Shown here: piece after piece, positions 29,004-36,881 of the stretch
Position numbering within the stretch: the first letter of the stretch is position 1
How the letters are laid out: every line of letters starts with the position of its first letter
From: Elusimicrobiota bacterium
GTDB taxonomy: Bacteria; Elusimicrobiota; Elusimicrobia; F11
Direction of reading: 5' to 3'
Length of the DNA stretch: 36,881 nucleotides
Assembly (NCBI GenBank): GCA_046153645.1
Contig: JBJXGI010000030.1
Location: forward strand, 1-36,881
Notes under the pieces: model-generated
Databases searched by the model: none
Seen by the model: only the letters and a program-made list of their open reading frames with translations
Told to the model about the DNA's origin: nothing
Program-made: the position numbers and the translations under genes

Positions 29004-30567
29004 TTTTTTTATTGGTTGTTTTAAACTTCATAACATTTGTAAACGACCCTTGCGCTTCCTCTTTTAACCCCGCTTTCAACTGGTAAACTCCAAGTTCATA
29101 CCATAAAAAACCATTCATTCTATGAACCGAAATAGCCTTTTTTTCGAATTCAATGGCTTGAGTTAGGTTAGCCGGGTTTTGACTTTTATTGTACTCGGCT
29201 ATTTCTATTTGAGCCAGAGCTTGGTACGACTTCCAATCACACTTTTGCAAATCAATGGCATTATGAAAGTGTTTTTTGGCTTCGTCCCACTTCAATTCAT
29301 GAAGAGCCATTTGGCCCGAAACAAATTGCTGACTCGCAAACAAAGGACTCAGAATAAAAGGAATTGAAGCGATTCCAATAGATAAAACCAACAAAGCAAT
29401 CGAAGGACGGATATGAATTCTTTTTATGTTGTCAGACGACAAAAAAAGACCCAATAAAACAAAAAACAACAAAAGATGACTCAAATATTCCGTGGATAAA
29501 CTTCCTATTCCGACCAATAGAAATAATATAAGGGCCAAAAAAAAGCCCTTTTTCTCTGAAAGCAAATAAGAGCTTTTCTTCAAATAAAAATAAATCGACA
29601 TAATTAAAACACTAATAGAAATAACTCCAACAAGCCCCGTCTCTGCTAATAACCCAATGAAAATGTTATGGGGATAAAGTGTGTGCTCTGCATTTCCCAC
29701 TTTATACGCTAAATAGGCGCTCGGAAAATTTCCAAGACCCACGCCAAACCAAGGATGGTCTAAAAACATTAAGATTCCAGATTTCCACCAAGAAAGTCGA
29801 GTCACCCCTTCAATAATCGAGTCTGCACCAAATCGATCGCTAGCTAATGAAAAAAAATTGTAAATAAAAGCAGAGCTAACAATGGCCGAAGTTATCAGAA
29901 ATAAAACCTTTTTTTTCTTAAAAGAAATCGGCATAAAAAATGGAAGACAAATATAGACCCAATTACTCTTCAATAAAATGAGAGTAAAGAAATACGAAAA
30001 TATCCCAGATAAGAGATAAAAACTCTCAAGTTTTTTGAGGAACATTCCTTTATCAATCTGAGAGAAAATAAGAGGAAAAAAAGGGGCCAAAAATGCGGCC
30101 AGTAAATTAGGATTAATAAGTGTTCCCGATGAGTCAACGCTGAGAACCCAAAAAAGCTGAAACCAGAAAAACGGAATAGAAAAGAACAAAAATTTCTTTT
30201 CTATTCGTTCGTGGCTTCCTAAATCTAATATCCATAAAAAAATCAAAAGAGCCGACACCCAGTCCAGCCATTCTAGAACTGATTCCGATGGGTTAATAGA
30301 GTAATAAGACGAAACACCAAATCCGACAAGGATGAGAAATACAGGACCTAAGAAGAAACCTGGAATTCCTTGTTCATCCTTTTTCAAAACAATTCGGCCC
30401 AAACGAAACAAGGAATACCCTAAAACAAGCAGATAAACAACACTCGCCGCCCAAATATCATGGGCTGCTTTAAAAAAACCAGAAAATAAAAGAAGGAAAA
30501 AGAAAAAGGTGATTTGCACAAGAACCAATATAGCAATCATGAAAAGCGGAAGGAACAAAATCCGCAA
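28954..30567 (-). CDS. O-antigen ligase (Wzy_C) family membrane protein with C-terminal TPR
   Basis: GTLINPNLLA, RLSWW...MFLDHPWFGVGLGNF, YPHNIF..LLAETGLVG; start uncertain. Confidence 0.85.
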   Translation of the reverse strand: MRILFLPLFMIAILVLVQITFFFFLLLFSGFFKAAHDIWAASVVYLLVLGYSLFRLGRIVLKKDEQGIPGFFLGPVFLILVGFGVSSYYSINPSESVLEWLDWVSALLIFLWILDLGSHERIEKKFLFFSIPFFWFQLFWVLSVDSSGTLINPNLLAAFLAPFFPLIFSQIDKGMFLKKLESFYLLSGIFSYFFTLILLKSNWVYICLPFFMPISFKKKKVLFLITSAIVSSAFIYNFFSLASDRFGADSIIEGVTRLSWWKSGILMFLDHPWFGVGLGNFPSAYLAYKVGNAEHTLYPHNIFIGLLAETGLVGVISISVLIMSIYFYLKKSSYLLSEKKGFFLALILFLLVGIGSLSTEYLSHLLLFFVLLGLFLSSDNIKRIHIRPSIALLVLSIGIASIPFILSPLFASQQFVSGQMALHELKWDEAKKHFHNAIDLQKCDWKSYQALAQIEIAEYNKSQNPANLTQAIEFEKKAISVHRMNGFLWYELGVYQLKAGLKEEAQGSFTNVMKFKTTNKKINDEIPGLIASLSSAS

Positions 30568-30583
30568 AAACCTCTGCTGCCAT

Positions 30584-30624
30584 AAACGGATAAAATAGAA
30601 ATTTAACTTCTATTTTGTCCGTTT
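30584..30624. repeat. 17-bp inverted repeat in a divergent promoter region
   Basis: AAACGGATAAAATAGAA-ATTTAAC-TTCTATTTTGTCCGTTT (16/17 paired, one G-U). Confidence 0.6.
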
Positions 30625-30682
30625 TTCATAAAAATAAAAAATTTGCTTTTCTCTTTTTGTTTTGTTTAACTGAGTCTCACAG

Positions 30683-30851
30683 TTTCTAGGTGCCAATGAA
30701 AAAATTGGAGAATAGGGAATCCCGTTAAATTCGGGAGCGGTCCCGCCACTGTAAGTGAAAATTTCTTTACCGCTGTTGTCACTGTTTGCTTTTTTTCAAA
30801 TGGGAAGACAAAAAGAATAAAAATCACGAGCCAGGAGACCTGCCTAGGAAA
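30683..30851 (+). ncRNA. Cobalamin riboswitch
   Basis: AGGTGC..AATAGGGAATCCCGTTAAATTCGGGAGCGGTCCCGCCACTGT..GGGAAG..GAGCCAGGAGACCTGCCT; P1 TTTCTAGG/CCTAGGAA; upstream of a TonB receptor. Confidence 0.95.
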
Positions 30852-30903
30852 GGAGCTCTCGTTTGTTCGTGGACTTGATAAACGAAAGGAAGATTTTATT
30901 TTC

Positions 30904-30936
30904 CTCAGGCTCCTATAAAGGGGTCTGGGTTTTTTT
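30904..30936 (+). terminator. Riboswitch-controlled terminator (expression platform)
   Basis: CTCAGGCTCCT-ATAA-AGGGGTCTGGG followed by T7; the 5' arm can alternatively pair with GAGCCAGGAG (30828) or AGGAGCT (30851). Confidence 0.8.
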
Positions 30937-30981
30937 ATGCCCAAGTTCCCCTATCTGATTAAAAATCAATAGGAGAAAAAT

Positions 30982-32877
30982 ATGCGTCACTTACGTCGTC
31001 AAACCGGTATGTTGTTAGCCGGGATCCAGTTGTTCACGTTATTATGCTCATTACCATTGGAAGCCAAAGAATCAAATTTCGATGAGACTTTTATTTCAAT
31101 GACGAGGGCTCCGCTTCCTCTAACAAAAATTCCCTCTAACACATCGGTCATCACAAGCAAACAGATTAAAGACCGCGGCGCCATCACGCTCAGCGATGTT
31201 CTCGATTCTATTCCAGGAATTGATCTCACCAAAAACGGTTCTTTGGGAAGCTTTACAGCCATGCGAATGAGAGGATCCCCTGCCTCAGCACAAGTTCAAT
31301 TGGTGATTGATGATCAACCCATTGGCGGGGTATCAAATCAATTTATTGATTTATCACAAGTCAGCGCTGACATGATTGAAAGAGTTGAAGTTGTCAGAGG
31401 CGCCTCCTCTGTTCTTTATGGCGCAAACACAATCGGCGGAGTTATTCATGTCATTACAAAAAAATCAAAAGATCCTTTGCCAACAGCTTATTTGAACGGA
31501 GAAGTAAGATCTTATCGAACTAAAATCGGACAAATTCACGCAGGAGGAGAAAAAAATAACTTTGATTTCCTCATCGGAATGAACCAATACACAACCGATG
31601 GTTTTCAACAAAACAGTGGGGCTGAAAACACATCGTTTCATTCAAACTTAGGATACGCGTTTCAAGGGGGATCCTACCTTGGCGCCCAGTTTCGAAAAAC
31701 AGATCAAGAATCAGGAAATCCAAAAGGAACGAATGTTCCTTTTTCACAATGGGATGGAGAAAAAGAAAAAGCCTCCGCTGATAGAAACGAAACAATAGAA
31801 CAAGATCAAACAGATCTTCGATTGAAGTACATTCAACCGGTGGGGCCCTTGGGAATTATTCAATCAATGGTTTATGGTTTTGATCAAGATTATTTCACTC
31901 GCCCATCAAAAAACGCTTTTCCCAGTTTTCAACAAAAAAATAATACCTACGGCGGCGAAACCCGATTGATAGGAAATCATGGGTTTACCTTAGGCAGTTC
32001 TTATGTTCGAGATGAGAGAGAAAACCGCGGTGAAAGCCCACTCCATGCCACCAATTGGGGTCTTTACGCTCAACAAGAATTAAAAGCTGGAAAATGGCAA
32101 TTCATTCCGGCTCTTCGTTTTGATCAACACAGCGCCTATGGAAATGAATACAACCCTCGGCTAACAGCGCTTTATGATTTAACGTCTTGGTGGTTGGTAT
32201 CAGCCAATATGGCGCGCGCTTACCGAGCCCCTTCTTTTTTAGAGCTTTACTTTCGTAGCGCGTTTTTTAATGGCAACCCGCATCTTCGCCCAGAAAAAGC
32301 TTGGACTTATGATTTTGGAAACCAATTTTTGATTACTGAAAATACTCTTCTGAAATTAACCAACTATTACACAAGAATTTCAGATCGTATTTCAGTGAAC
32401 TCAAATTTTGATTCCTACATCAATGCGCCTAAAGCAGAACTCGCTGGAACTGAGGTAGAAATAAAAGGAACTTATGGCCGTTTTTCTCCCGGTGCGAATT
32501 ACACCTTCCAACGAGCCAAAGGCAATACACTCACATCAGCCAAATTTGTTGAACTCAGACAAACGCCGAGACACAAAATGAATGCTGATCTTAAAATTGA
32601 ATTTTTCAGAGGACTTCATTTGTTTAACTCTGTCCGATATGTGTCAAAACAATTCAGAGGAAACAATCGATCCGGAGGAAAATTGCCTCCCTTTGCCACG
32701 TGGAACACCCGGCTTTCACAAGACTGTCGTTTCGGTCAGCTCTACTTCGGAGTCAATAATATTCTTAACCGACGATATGCTGAAGCCTTTGATTCCGATC
32801 CGATAAGTTTCGCCACAACATTAACGCCCCAACCCGATCGAACCTATTATGGTGGGATTCAAATAAAACTACAGTAA
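30982..32877 (+). CDS. btuB: TonB-dependent cobalamin receptor
   Basis: Plug motif IERVEVVRGASSVLYGA..IGGVIHVITKK, barrel RAYRAPSF.ELY..GNP.L.PE, GVNNILNR.Y; B12 riboswitch upstream; SD AGGAGA. Confidence 0.88.
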   Translation: MRHLRRQTGMLLAGIQLFTLLCSLPLEAKESNFDETFISMTRAPLPLTKIPSNTSVITSKQIKDRGAITLSDVLDSIPGIDLTKNGSLGSFTAMRMRGSPASAQVQLVIDDQPIGGVSNQFIDLSQVSADMIERVEVVRGASSVLYGANTIGGVIHVITKKSKDPLPTAYLNGEVRSYRTKIGQIHAGGEKNNFDFLIGMNQYTTDGFQQNSGAENTSFHSNLGYAFQGGSYLGAQFRKTDQESGNPKGTNVPFSQWDGEKEKASADRNETIEQDQTDLRLKYIQPVGPLGIIQSMVYGFDQDYFTRPSKNAFPSFQQKNNTYGGETRLIGNHGFTLGSSYVRDERENRGESPLHATNWGLYAQQELKAGKWQFIPALRFDQHSAYGNEYNPRLTALYDLTSWWLVSANMARAYRAPSFLELYFRSAFFNGNPHLRPEKAWTYDFGNQFLITENTLLKLTNYYTRISDRISVNSNFDSYINAPKAELAGTEVEIKGTYGRFSPGANYTFQRAKGNTLTSAKFVELRQTPRHKMNADLKIEFFRGLHLFNSVRYVSKQFRGNNRSGGKLPPFATWNTRLSQDCRFGQLYFGVNNILNRRYAEAFDSDPISFATTLTPQPDRTYYGGIQIKLQ

Positions 32878-32882
32878 CCCTT

Positions 32883-32946
32883 TGAGTTTGGAGATATAAA
32901 AAAACAGAAATCTCAAAAAAGAATTTCGCTTATATCTCCAAACTCA
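32883..32946. repeat. 64-bp element with perfect 17-bp terminal inverted repeats (MITE-like or hairpin)
   Basis: TGAGTTTGGAGATATAA (32883-32899) ... TTATATCTCCAAACTCA (32930-32946), 30-nt interior. Confidence 0.7.
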
Positions 32947-32961
32947 TTATTTTTTTAAACA

Positions 32962-33132
32962 ATGAACCCGGATACAAAATTAAATTTAACTAATCTGACA
33001 GAGGACTTTTATTTAGAAGGCGATTTGGTTATTTTTACCGAACGATTTCTATTAAAAAGAGGCGCTTGCTGTCAGAATCAATGCCGGCATTGCCCATGGA
33101 AAGAAAAAAGAATTATTTCTTCTGAACAATAA
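32962..33132 (+). CDS. DUF5522-family Cys-rich microprotein (56 aa, not in ORF track)
   Basis: EDFYLEGDLVIFTERFLLKRGACCQNQCRHCPW matches the RGxCCxxxCRHCP family motif. Confidence 0.85.
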   Translation: MNPDTKLNLTNLTEDFYLEGDLVIFTERFLLKRGACCQNQCRHCPWKEKRIISSEQ

Positions 33133-33895
33133 GTTGATGGGTTGAATAATAAATTGCTAAAGAGGCGGGTTGCATGGCGGCCATTATGTACATATCAACA
33201 TCAGCGGGTGCCGCTTTTTTTGTCGCCACATATTTTTCTTTCAGCGCTTGGGCCGATTTGGCCATCATAATGGCGACCGGAGAAAACCCCTTGTCTTTGT
33301 GAATCAACTCTTGATGAAAAAAAACCTTAAACCCCAGCGATTTTATTTTTTCTTCCATTTTTTCCCCAAAGGACGGATCTAAGCCCATCGAACGAAACAT
33401 CCCAAGCATCGCTTGATTTACTTTATTACAAGGCCCTGAGAACATAGGGTCTAACCATTGGGCTGTTTCAAAATTAGGTTCTTCCAAAATTAAAAAACCT
33501 TTGGGGTTTAAATAGTGAGCTAAGTGAGATATTAAATCTATAGCATCCTTATTATGAATAAACACATAACGAGCATGAATAAGGTCAAAAGATGACTGCG
33601 GTTTAAAATCTTTTATTTCTCCCCTCACAATATTAAAAGGGGCAACATTGAATTGATTTAAATACTGGGTATTTTTATCAAGGCCGACAACTAATCCTTT
33701 TTTCCCCACTTTCTTCCCTAACCAAGCAAGAATAGACCCCCCACCAGCACCGACTTCTAAACAGCTCCAACCTTTTTCTATAAATGTTTTTTCAATTAAT
33801 TTTTGGGATGATCCATCACAGGCTTCTTCAAGATATTTTAAACGTTTGTATTCTGCGTCATTCGAGTGATCTTCAAAAATATAGTTTTTAGTCAT
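33113..33895 (-). CDS. Class I SAM-dependent methyltransferase
   Basis: CLEVGAGGG, FDLIHARYV, LNPKGFLILEE. Confidence 0.92.
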   Translation of the reverse strand: MTKNYIFEDHSNDAEYKRLKYLEEACDGSSQKLIEKTFIEKGWSCLEVGAGGGSILAWLGKKVGKKGLVVGLDKNTQYLNQFNVAPFNIVRGEIKDFKPQSSFDLIHARYVFIHNKDAIDLISHLAHYLNPKGFLILEEPNFETAQWLDPMFSGPCNKVNQAMLGMFRSMGLDPSFGEKMEEKIKSLGFKVFFHQELIHKDKGFSPVAIMMAKSAQALKEKYVATKKAAPADVDMYIMAAMQPASLAIYYSTHQLIVQKK

Positions 33896-34056
33896 GATAA
33901 AAAAATCTCTGGGTTGCCAATAAAAATCTTCAAATTTTTAGCATTTATAAGCATACAAATGAACTTAGCATTCAGTCGGACTATTTGTAAAGCACAGTAG
34001 TAAGGGGGCCCATTGGATAATAATCATCATTGCTGGGCTAGTCGTTGGTTTTGTTC

Positions 34057-34083
34057 CAAAGTTTTAGTGTGAAAGTGGCGAGT
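34057..34083 (+). repeat. Direct repeat, copy 1 (left island boundary)
   Basis: CAAAGTTTTAGTGTGAAAGTGGCGAGT; 24/27 identical to 36808-36834. Confidence 0.7.
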
Positions 34084-34089
34084 TTTCTC

Positions 34090-34126
34090 TTGACCTCTTA
34101 AATATAAGAACTTATCATATTTAAGA
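34090..34126 (+). promoter_or_regulatory. Sigma70 promoter with operator palindrome for the TA operon
   Basis: TTGACC-17 bp-TATCAT; perfect inverted repeat TCTTAAATAT-N11-ATATTTAAGA; ATG follows the -10 by 8 nt with no SD. Confidence 0.78.
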
Positions 34127-34399
34127 ATGTGGGAAATCAGAGAACATCGAGATGTGCCTAAAACAGCCAAGCGATTGCCCGTTTGGATCTTAAAAGAATA
34201 TGAAACGTGGAAGGGTTTGGTGCATCGCCATGGTCCAGAGGTCCTTCGAGAATATCCCGGTTATCAAGATGAACAATTAAAGGGAACACGCAAAGGACAA
34301 CGATCCTCTCGACTTAACAGACAATATCGCGTTATTTATCTTGTTGATCGGCAAGTTGTTACGATTTATGTGCTTGAGCTTACCCCGCATAAATATTAG
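34127..34399 (+). CDS. higB: RelE/HigB-superfamily mRNA interferase toxin
   Basis: DEQLKGTRKGQRSSRLNRQYRVIY..ELTPHKY; lies upstream of an HTH antitoxin. Confidence 0.82.
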   Translation: MWEIREHRDVPKTAKRLPVWILKEYETWKGLVHRHGPEVLREYPGYQDEQLKGTRKGQRSSRLNRQYRVIYLVDRQVVTIYVLELTPHKY

Positions 34400-34408
34400 G
34401 AGTAAATT

Positions 34409-34684
34409 ATGAAAATCAATAAAAATGAATTTCATCTCGCAAAACAACACGTTCGTGTAACCACGGGAGAGACCATTCGAATTCTTCGAGAAAAGAAGGG
34501 TTGGACCCAAGAGGAGTTGGCAGGGCGATCTGGAATCTCTTCGACGAATTTAAGCATGCTGGAAAACGATCGTGTTGATATCGGTAAGAAGCGAGCCGAG
34601 CAATTGGCCCGCGCGTTTGGCGTGCATCCGGCTATTATCATGTTTCCAGAATATGAATCCGCTGATATTCGACGGGCGGCCTAA
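34409..34684 (+). CDS. higA: XRE-family HTH antitoxin
   Basis: IRILREKKGWTQEELAGRSGIS..NLSMLEN; SD AGGAG; toxin-first gene order. Confidence 0.85.
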   Translation: MKINKNEFHLAKQHVRVTTGETIRILREKKGWTQEELAGRSGISSTNLSMLENDRVDIGKKRAEQLARAFGVHPAIIMFPEYESADIRRAA

Positions 34685-34725
34685 ACAACGACCAGACTCC
34701 AGCAGTTTGCTTGAATTCTGAAAAA

Positions 34726-34752
34726 ACAAATGGAAATTGTATTTCCATCTGT
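34726..34752. promoter_or_regulatory. Palindrome upstream of the AAA/DUF4143 gene
   Basis: ACAAATGGAAAT-TGT-ATTTCCATCTGT (11/12 paired); extended -10 TGGCATAAT at 34762. Confidence 0.5.
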
Positions 34753-34769
34753 CATGATAATTGGCATAA

Positions 34770-35921
34770 TTGTTTCAGATTATGAACCCGCTTTCTAGGC
34801 AACTCGATTTAAAAGAACTTCTAAAGAAGAAAAGTATTTTTCTGCTGGGGCCACGGTCAACAGGGAAAACTTTTTTGATCCAATCTCAGTTACCTTCGTT
34901 GAAGAAATATGACCTTTTAGATTCAGAAACTTATGGAAAATTGGCTAGGCGACCCAAACTTCTTGAAGAAGAGTTAAATCCTTCAGATAAATTTATTGTT
35001 ATTGATGAAATTCAACGTCTCCCCTTGTTGCTCAATGAAGTGCAACGCCTCATTCAAAATAGGCACATTCATTTTCTTTTAACCGGTAGCAGCGCGCGCA
35101 AACTTAAAAGAGGTGGGGCTAATTTATTGGGAGGGCGTGCCTGGCTAGCCTCTTTATTTCCCCTGGTTTCTGTTGAAATTCCACAATTTGACCTTGTTCG
35201 ATATTTTAATCGCGGAGGCCTGCCGCCCATTTATTTGTCTTCCTCTCCGGAAGAAGAATTGCGTTCTTATGTTGATTTATATTTACGAGAAGAAATTCAA
35301 GCCGAAGCGCTCACTCGAAATTTGGGTGCTTTTGCCAGGTTTTTAGATGTGATGGCTCTTCAAAATGGAGAAGAACTTCATTACGAAGCTATTGCCAATG
35401 ATTGCGCGGTACCCGCTCGAACCGTACAAAATTATGTACAAATATTAGAAGACACCTTACTGGGGTTTCAGGTTTCCTCCTATGCGGCCACAAGAAAGCG
35501 TAAAGCCATTGCCCGTTCAAAATTTTTCCTTTTTGATATTGGTGTTGTTAACACATTGGCCGAGCGAGGTGAAATTCGCCCCAAAAGCGAATTATTCGGT
35601 AAGTGTTTTGAACATTTTTTAATGCTGGAAATTCGCGCCTTTATTGGCTACGAGAGGAAACATCTCCCCCTTCAATATTGGAGATCAACATCCGGCTTTG
35701 AAGTTGATTGTGTGATAGGAAATGAATGGGCCTTGGAATTTAAATCCACTGAATTTGCCAATGAACACCATCTCAAAGGTTTAAAAGCCCTCCGAGAAGA
35801 AAAACTCATCAAAAATTACGCATTGGTCTCAAGAGACACCAAAAAACGAACCATAGATGGAATTGTCATTTACCCTGTATTGGAGTTTTTAGAAAATCTC
35901 TGGAAGGGAAAGTTGTTGTAA
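34770..35921 (+). CDS. AAA+ ATPase with C-terminal DUF4143 (PD-(D/E)xK-like) domain
   Basis: GPRSTGKT, IVIDEIQ, LTGSS, LGGRA, KFFLFDIG, YWRS..G.EVDCV....ALEFK; start may be ATG 34782. Confidence 0.92.
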   Translation: MFQIMNPLSRQLDLKELLKKKSIFLLGPRSTGKTFLIQSQLPSLKKYDLLDSETYGKLARRPKLLEEELNPSDKFIVIDEIQRLPLLLNEVQRLIQNRHIHFLLTGSSARKLKRGGANLLGGRAWLASLFPLVSVEIPQFDLVRYFNRGGLPPIYLSSSPEEELRSYVDLYLREEIQAEALTRNLGAFARFLDVMALQNGEELHYEAIANDCAVPARTVQNYVQILEDTLLGFQVSSYAATRKRKAIARSKFFLFDIGVVNTLAERGEIRPKSELFGKCFEHFLMLEIRAFIGYERKHLPLQYWRSTSGFEVDCVIGNEWALEFKSTEFANEHHLKGLKALREEKLIKNYALVSRDTKKRTIDGIVIYPVLEFLENLWKGKLL

Positions 35922-36059
35922 CAGGGCAGTTATTAATTACTGAATTATTTCCGTATAGCATAAACTTCGAATAAGATAGATGTTGAAGATGAAATGTTTT
36001 TGAATTAAGCTGTCATGATATGTGGAAATATTTGAATAATACTATGCAGAATTATTTCT

Positions 36060-36078
36060 GCTTAATCAGTTGTTGGAC
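36060..36078 (+). mobile_element. Integron attI-like recombination site
   Basis: GCTTAAT-CAGTT-GTTGGAC = L box, 5-bp spacer and GTTRRRY core; the core is complementary to GTCCAAC after the next gene. Confidence 0.55.
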
Positions 36079-36101
36079 TGCTCGTGTGCTGAGGCCTTAA
36101 A

Positions 36102-36728
36102 ATGAACTCCGAAAAAAGACGATTCCCTTATTCCATAATTCCGGCCACTTTTTGCTGGATCTTATGGCCTCTCTCAGTTTTTGTCTTTTTAGCTGGTCCT
36201 CATGATATGGCCCAGGATTGGTTTGAGATTCTGAGTCGAGGCTCGATAGTTTGTGGCGTAGGCGGACTTCTCCTGACCTTGGGGAAAAACGTCAGTTGGA
36301 TGGAAAGAGGGCTGTCTGTCCTGCTTAATGTGGGGCTCATCTTGCAGGTGGTCAGCATGCCCCCGACCCCGAAGGATGACGGTACAGGAGCTGCAGTTTT
36401 TACAGTTGCTCAGGATTTTATGGGGGCGATCGGAGATTTCCATTTTGATGACCTTCATCGATTTGCAATAGACGGAACGGTCAGCGATGCGGATCTCGAA
36501 AAACTTTTTTCTCCTGTTATCGGAGAGGGAAGAATTCCTCCTAAATATATCCGACTGATGAGTCGAGAAATCAAAAATCCTGTCTTCCCATACGAGGGAC
36601 GCGCGACGGTTGTTATCAATGTCGGGATACTAGAAGCCCATCTGGCCACCGCTGACAACGCGCCAATACGCGGTGAAATAACTCTTCATTTAGTGAAAAC
36701 ACGTGATCGCTGGAAGATTGAAATTTGA
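36102..36728 (+). CDS. Hypothetical membrane protein carried as a putative integron gene cassette
   Basis: Three N-terminal TM segments and a soluble domain ending ..LHLVKTRDRWKI; visibly more GC-rich than its flanks; bracketed by GTTGGAC and GTCCAAC. Confidence 0.7.
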   Translation: MNSEKRRFPYSIIPATFCWILWPLSVFVFLAGPHDMAQDWFEILSRGSIVCGVGGLLLTLGKNVSWMERGLSVLLNVGLILQVVSMPPTPKDDGTGAAVFTVAQDFMGAIGDFHFDDLHRFAIDGTVSDADLEKLFSPVIGEGRIPPKYIRLMSREIKNPVFPYEGRATVVINVGILEAHLATADNAPIRGEITLHLVKTRDRWKIEI

Positions 36729-36741
36729 TCGCTCGGCCGCT

Positions 36742-36770
36742 GTCCAACCAGCGGCTGCAGAACCTGAGTC
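36742..36770 (+). mobile_element. Left half of an attC site (truncated)
   Basis: GTCCAAC (RYYYAAC) + CAGCG + GCTGCAG, 13 nt after the stop codon; no correctly spaced downstream GTTRRRY. Confidence 0.6.
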
Positions 36771-36807
36771 ATAATGATTTCTCCGACGATAAATGAGCCA
36801 AACCAGG

Positions 36808-36834
36808 CAAAGCTTTAGTGTGAAAGTGATGAGT
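36808..36834 (+). repeat. Direct repeat, copy 2 (right island boundary)
   Basis: CAAAGCTTTAGTGTGAAAGTGATGAGT; shares the 15-bp core TTTAGTGTGAAAGTG with 34057-34083. Confidence 0.7.
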
Positions 36835-36881
36835 GATTTTTATTTTTTCTTCATCTAATTCATCTTCCGAAAGAATCCCTC

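Noticed and set aside
30666..30944. 92-aa minus-strand ORF
   Set aside because: Antisense shadow of the cobalamin riboswitch; LTVAGPLPNLTGFP is the reverse translation of the conserved aptamer core
34014..34067. Short hydrophobic frame WIIIIIAGLVVGFVPKF* resembling a GlsB/YeaQ fragment
   Set aside because: No convincing start and too short to support
34676..34710. GCCTAAACAAC..CTCCAGC after higA as a possible attC
   Set aside because: No exact RYYYAAC with correct spacing and no complementary right arm
36001..36078. ATTAAGC...GCTTAAT pairing as a complete attC upstream of the cassette
   Set aside because: No RYYYAAC box upstream of the left arm and no extrahelical base; treated as attI-like instead
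1..36881. CRISPR array, tRNA/rRNA, transposase or integrase genes; remaining short overlapping ORFs in the track
   Set aside because: No regularly spaced repeats, cloverleafs or recombinase motifs seen; the short ORFs lie within or antisense to well-supported genes and lack motifs

Overview
AT-rich bacterial chromosomal window from a diderm organism (TonB-dependent receptor, lipoproteins). The lineage may be Elusimicrobiota, inferred from the style of the giant membrane protein and not verified. Most genes are housekeeping or envelope genes: histidine phosphatase, TrmJ, MHS and TetA-like MFS transporters, fumC, L,D-transpeptidase, PPi-dependent PEP carboxykinase, short ArgA-like GNAT, YceI, Man-6-P isomerase, O-antigen ligase, and a cobalamin riboswitch with btuB and a DUF5522 microprotein. 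Accessory debris includes a truncated ORF6N gene, an internally deleted AAA/DUF4143 gene and an orphan RES gene. Main highlights: (1) a 1776-aa multi-pass protein combining a TraB/Tiki-like ectodomain, an S2P-like HExxH segment, a degenerate HIT/GalT-like domain and a kinase-like segment; (2) a ~2.8-kb island (HigBA, AAA/DUF4143 and an integron-type cassette with an attI-like site and a half attC, no integrase) bracketed by a 27-bp imperfect direct repeat; (3) small ORFs absent from the ORF track (43-aa basic protein, 50-aa lipoprotein, 56-aa DUF5522, possible 30-aa peptide); (4) recurrent leaderless gene starts and a probable CTG start. All family calls come from motif recognition by eye; no database searches were run.
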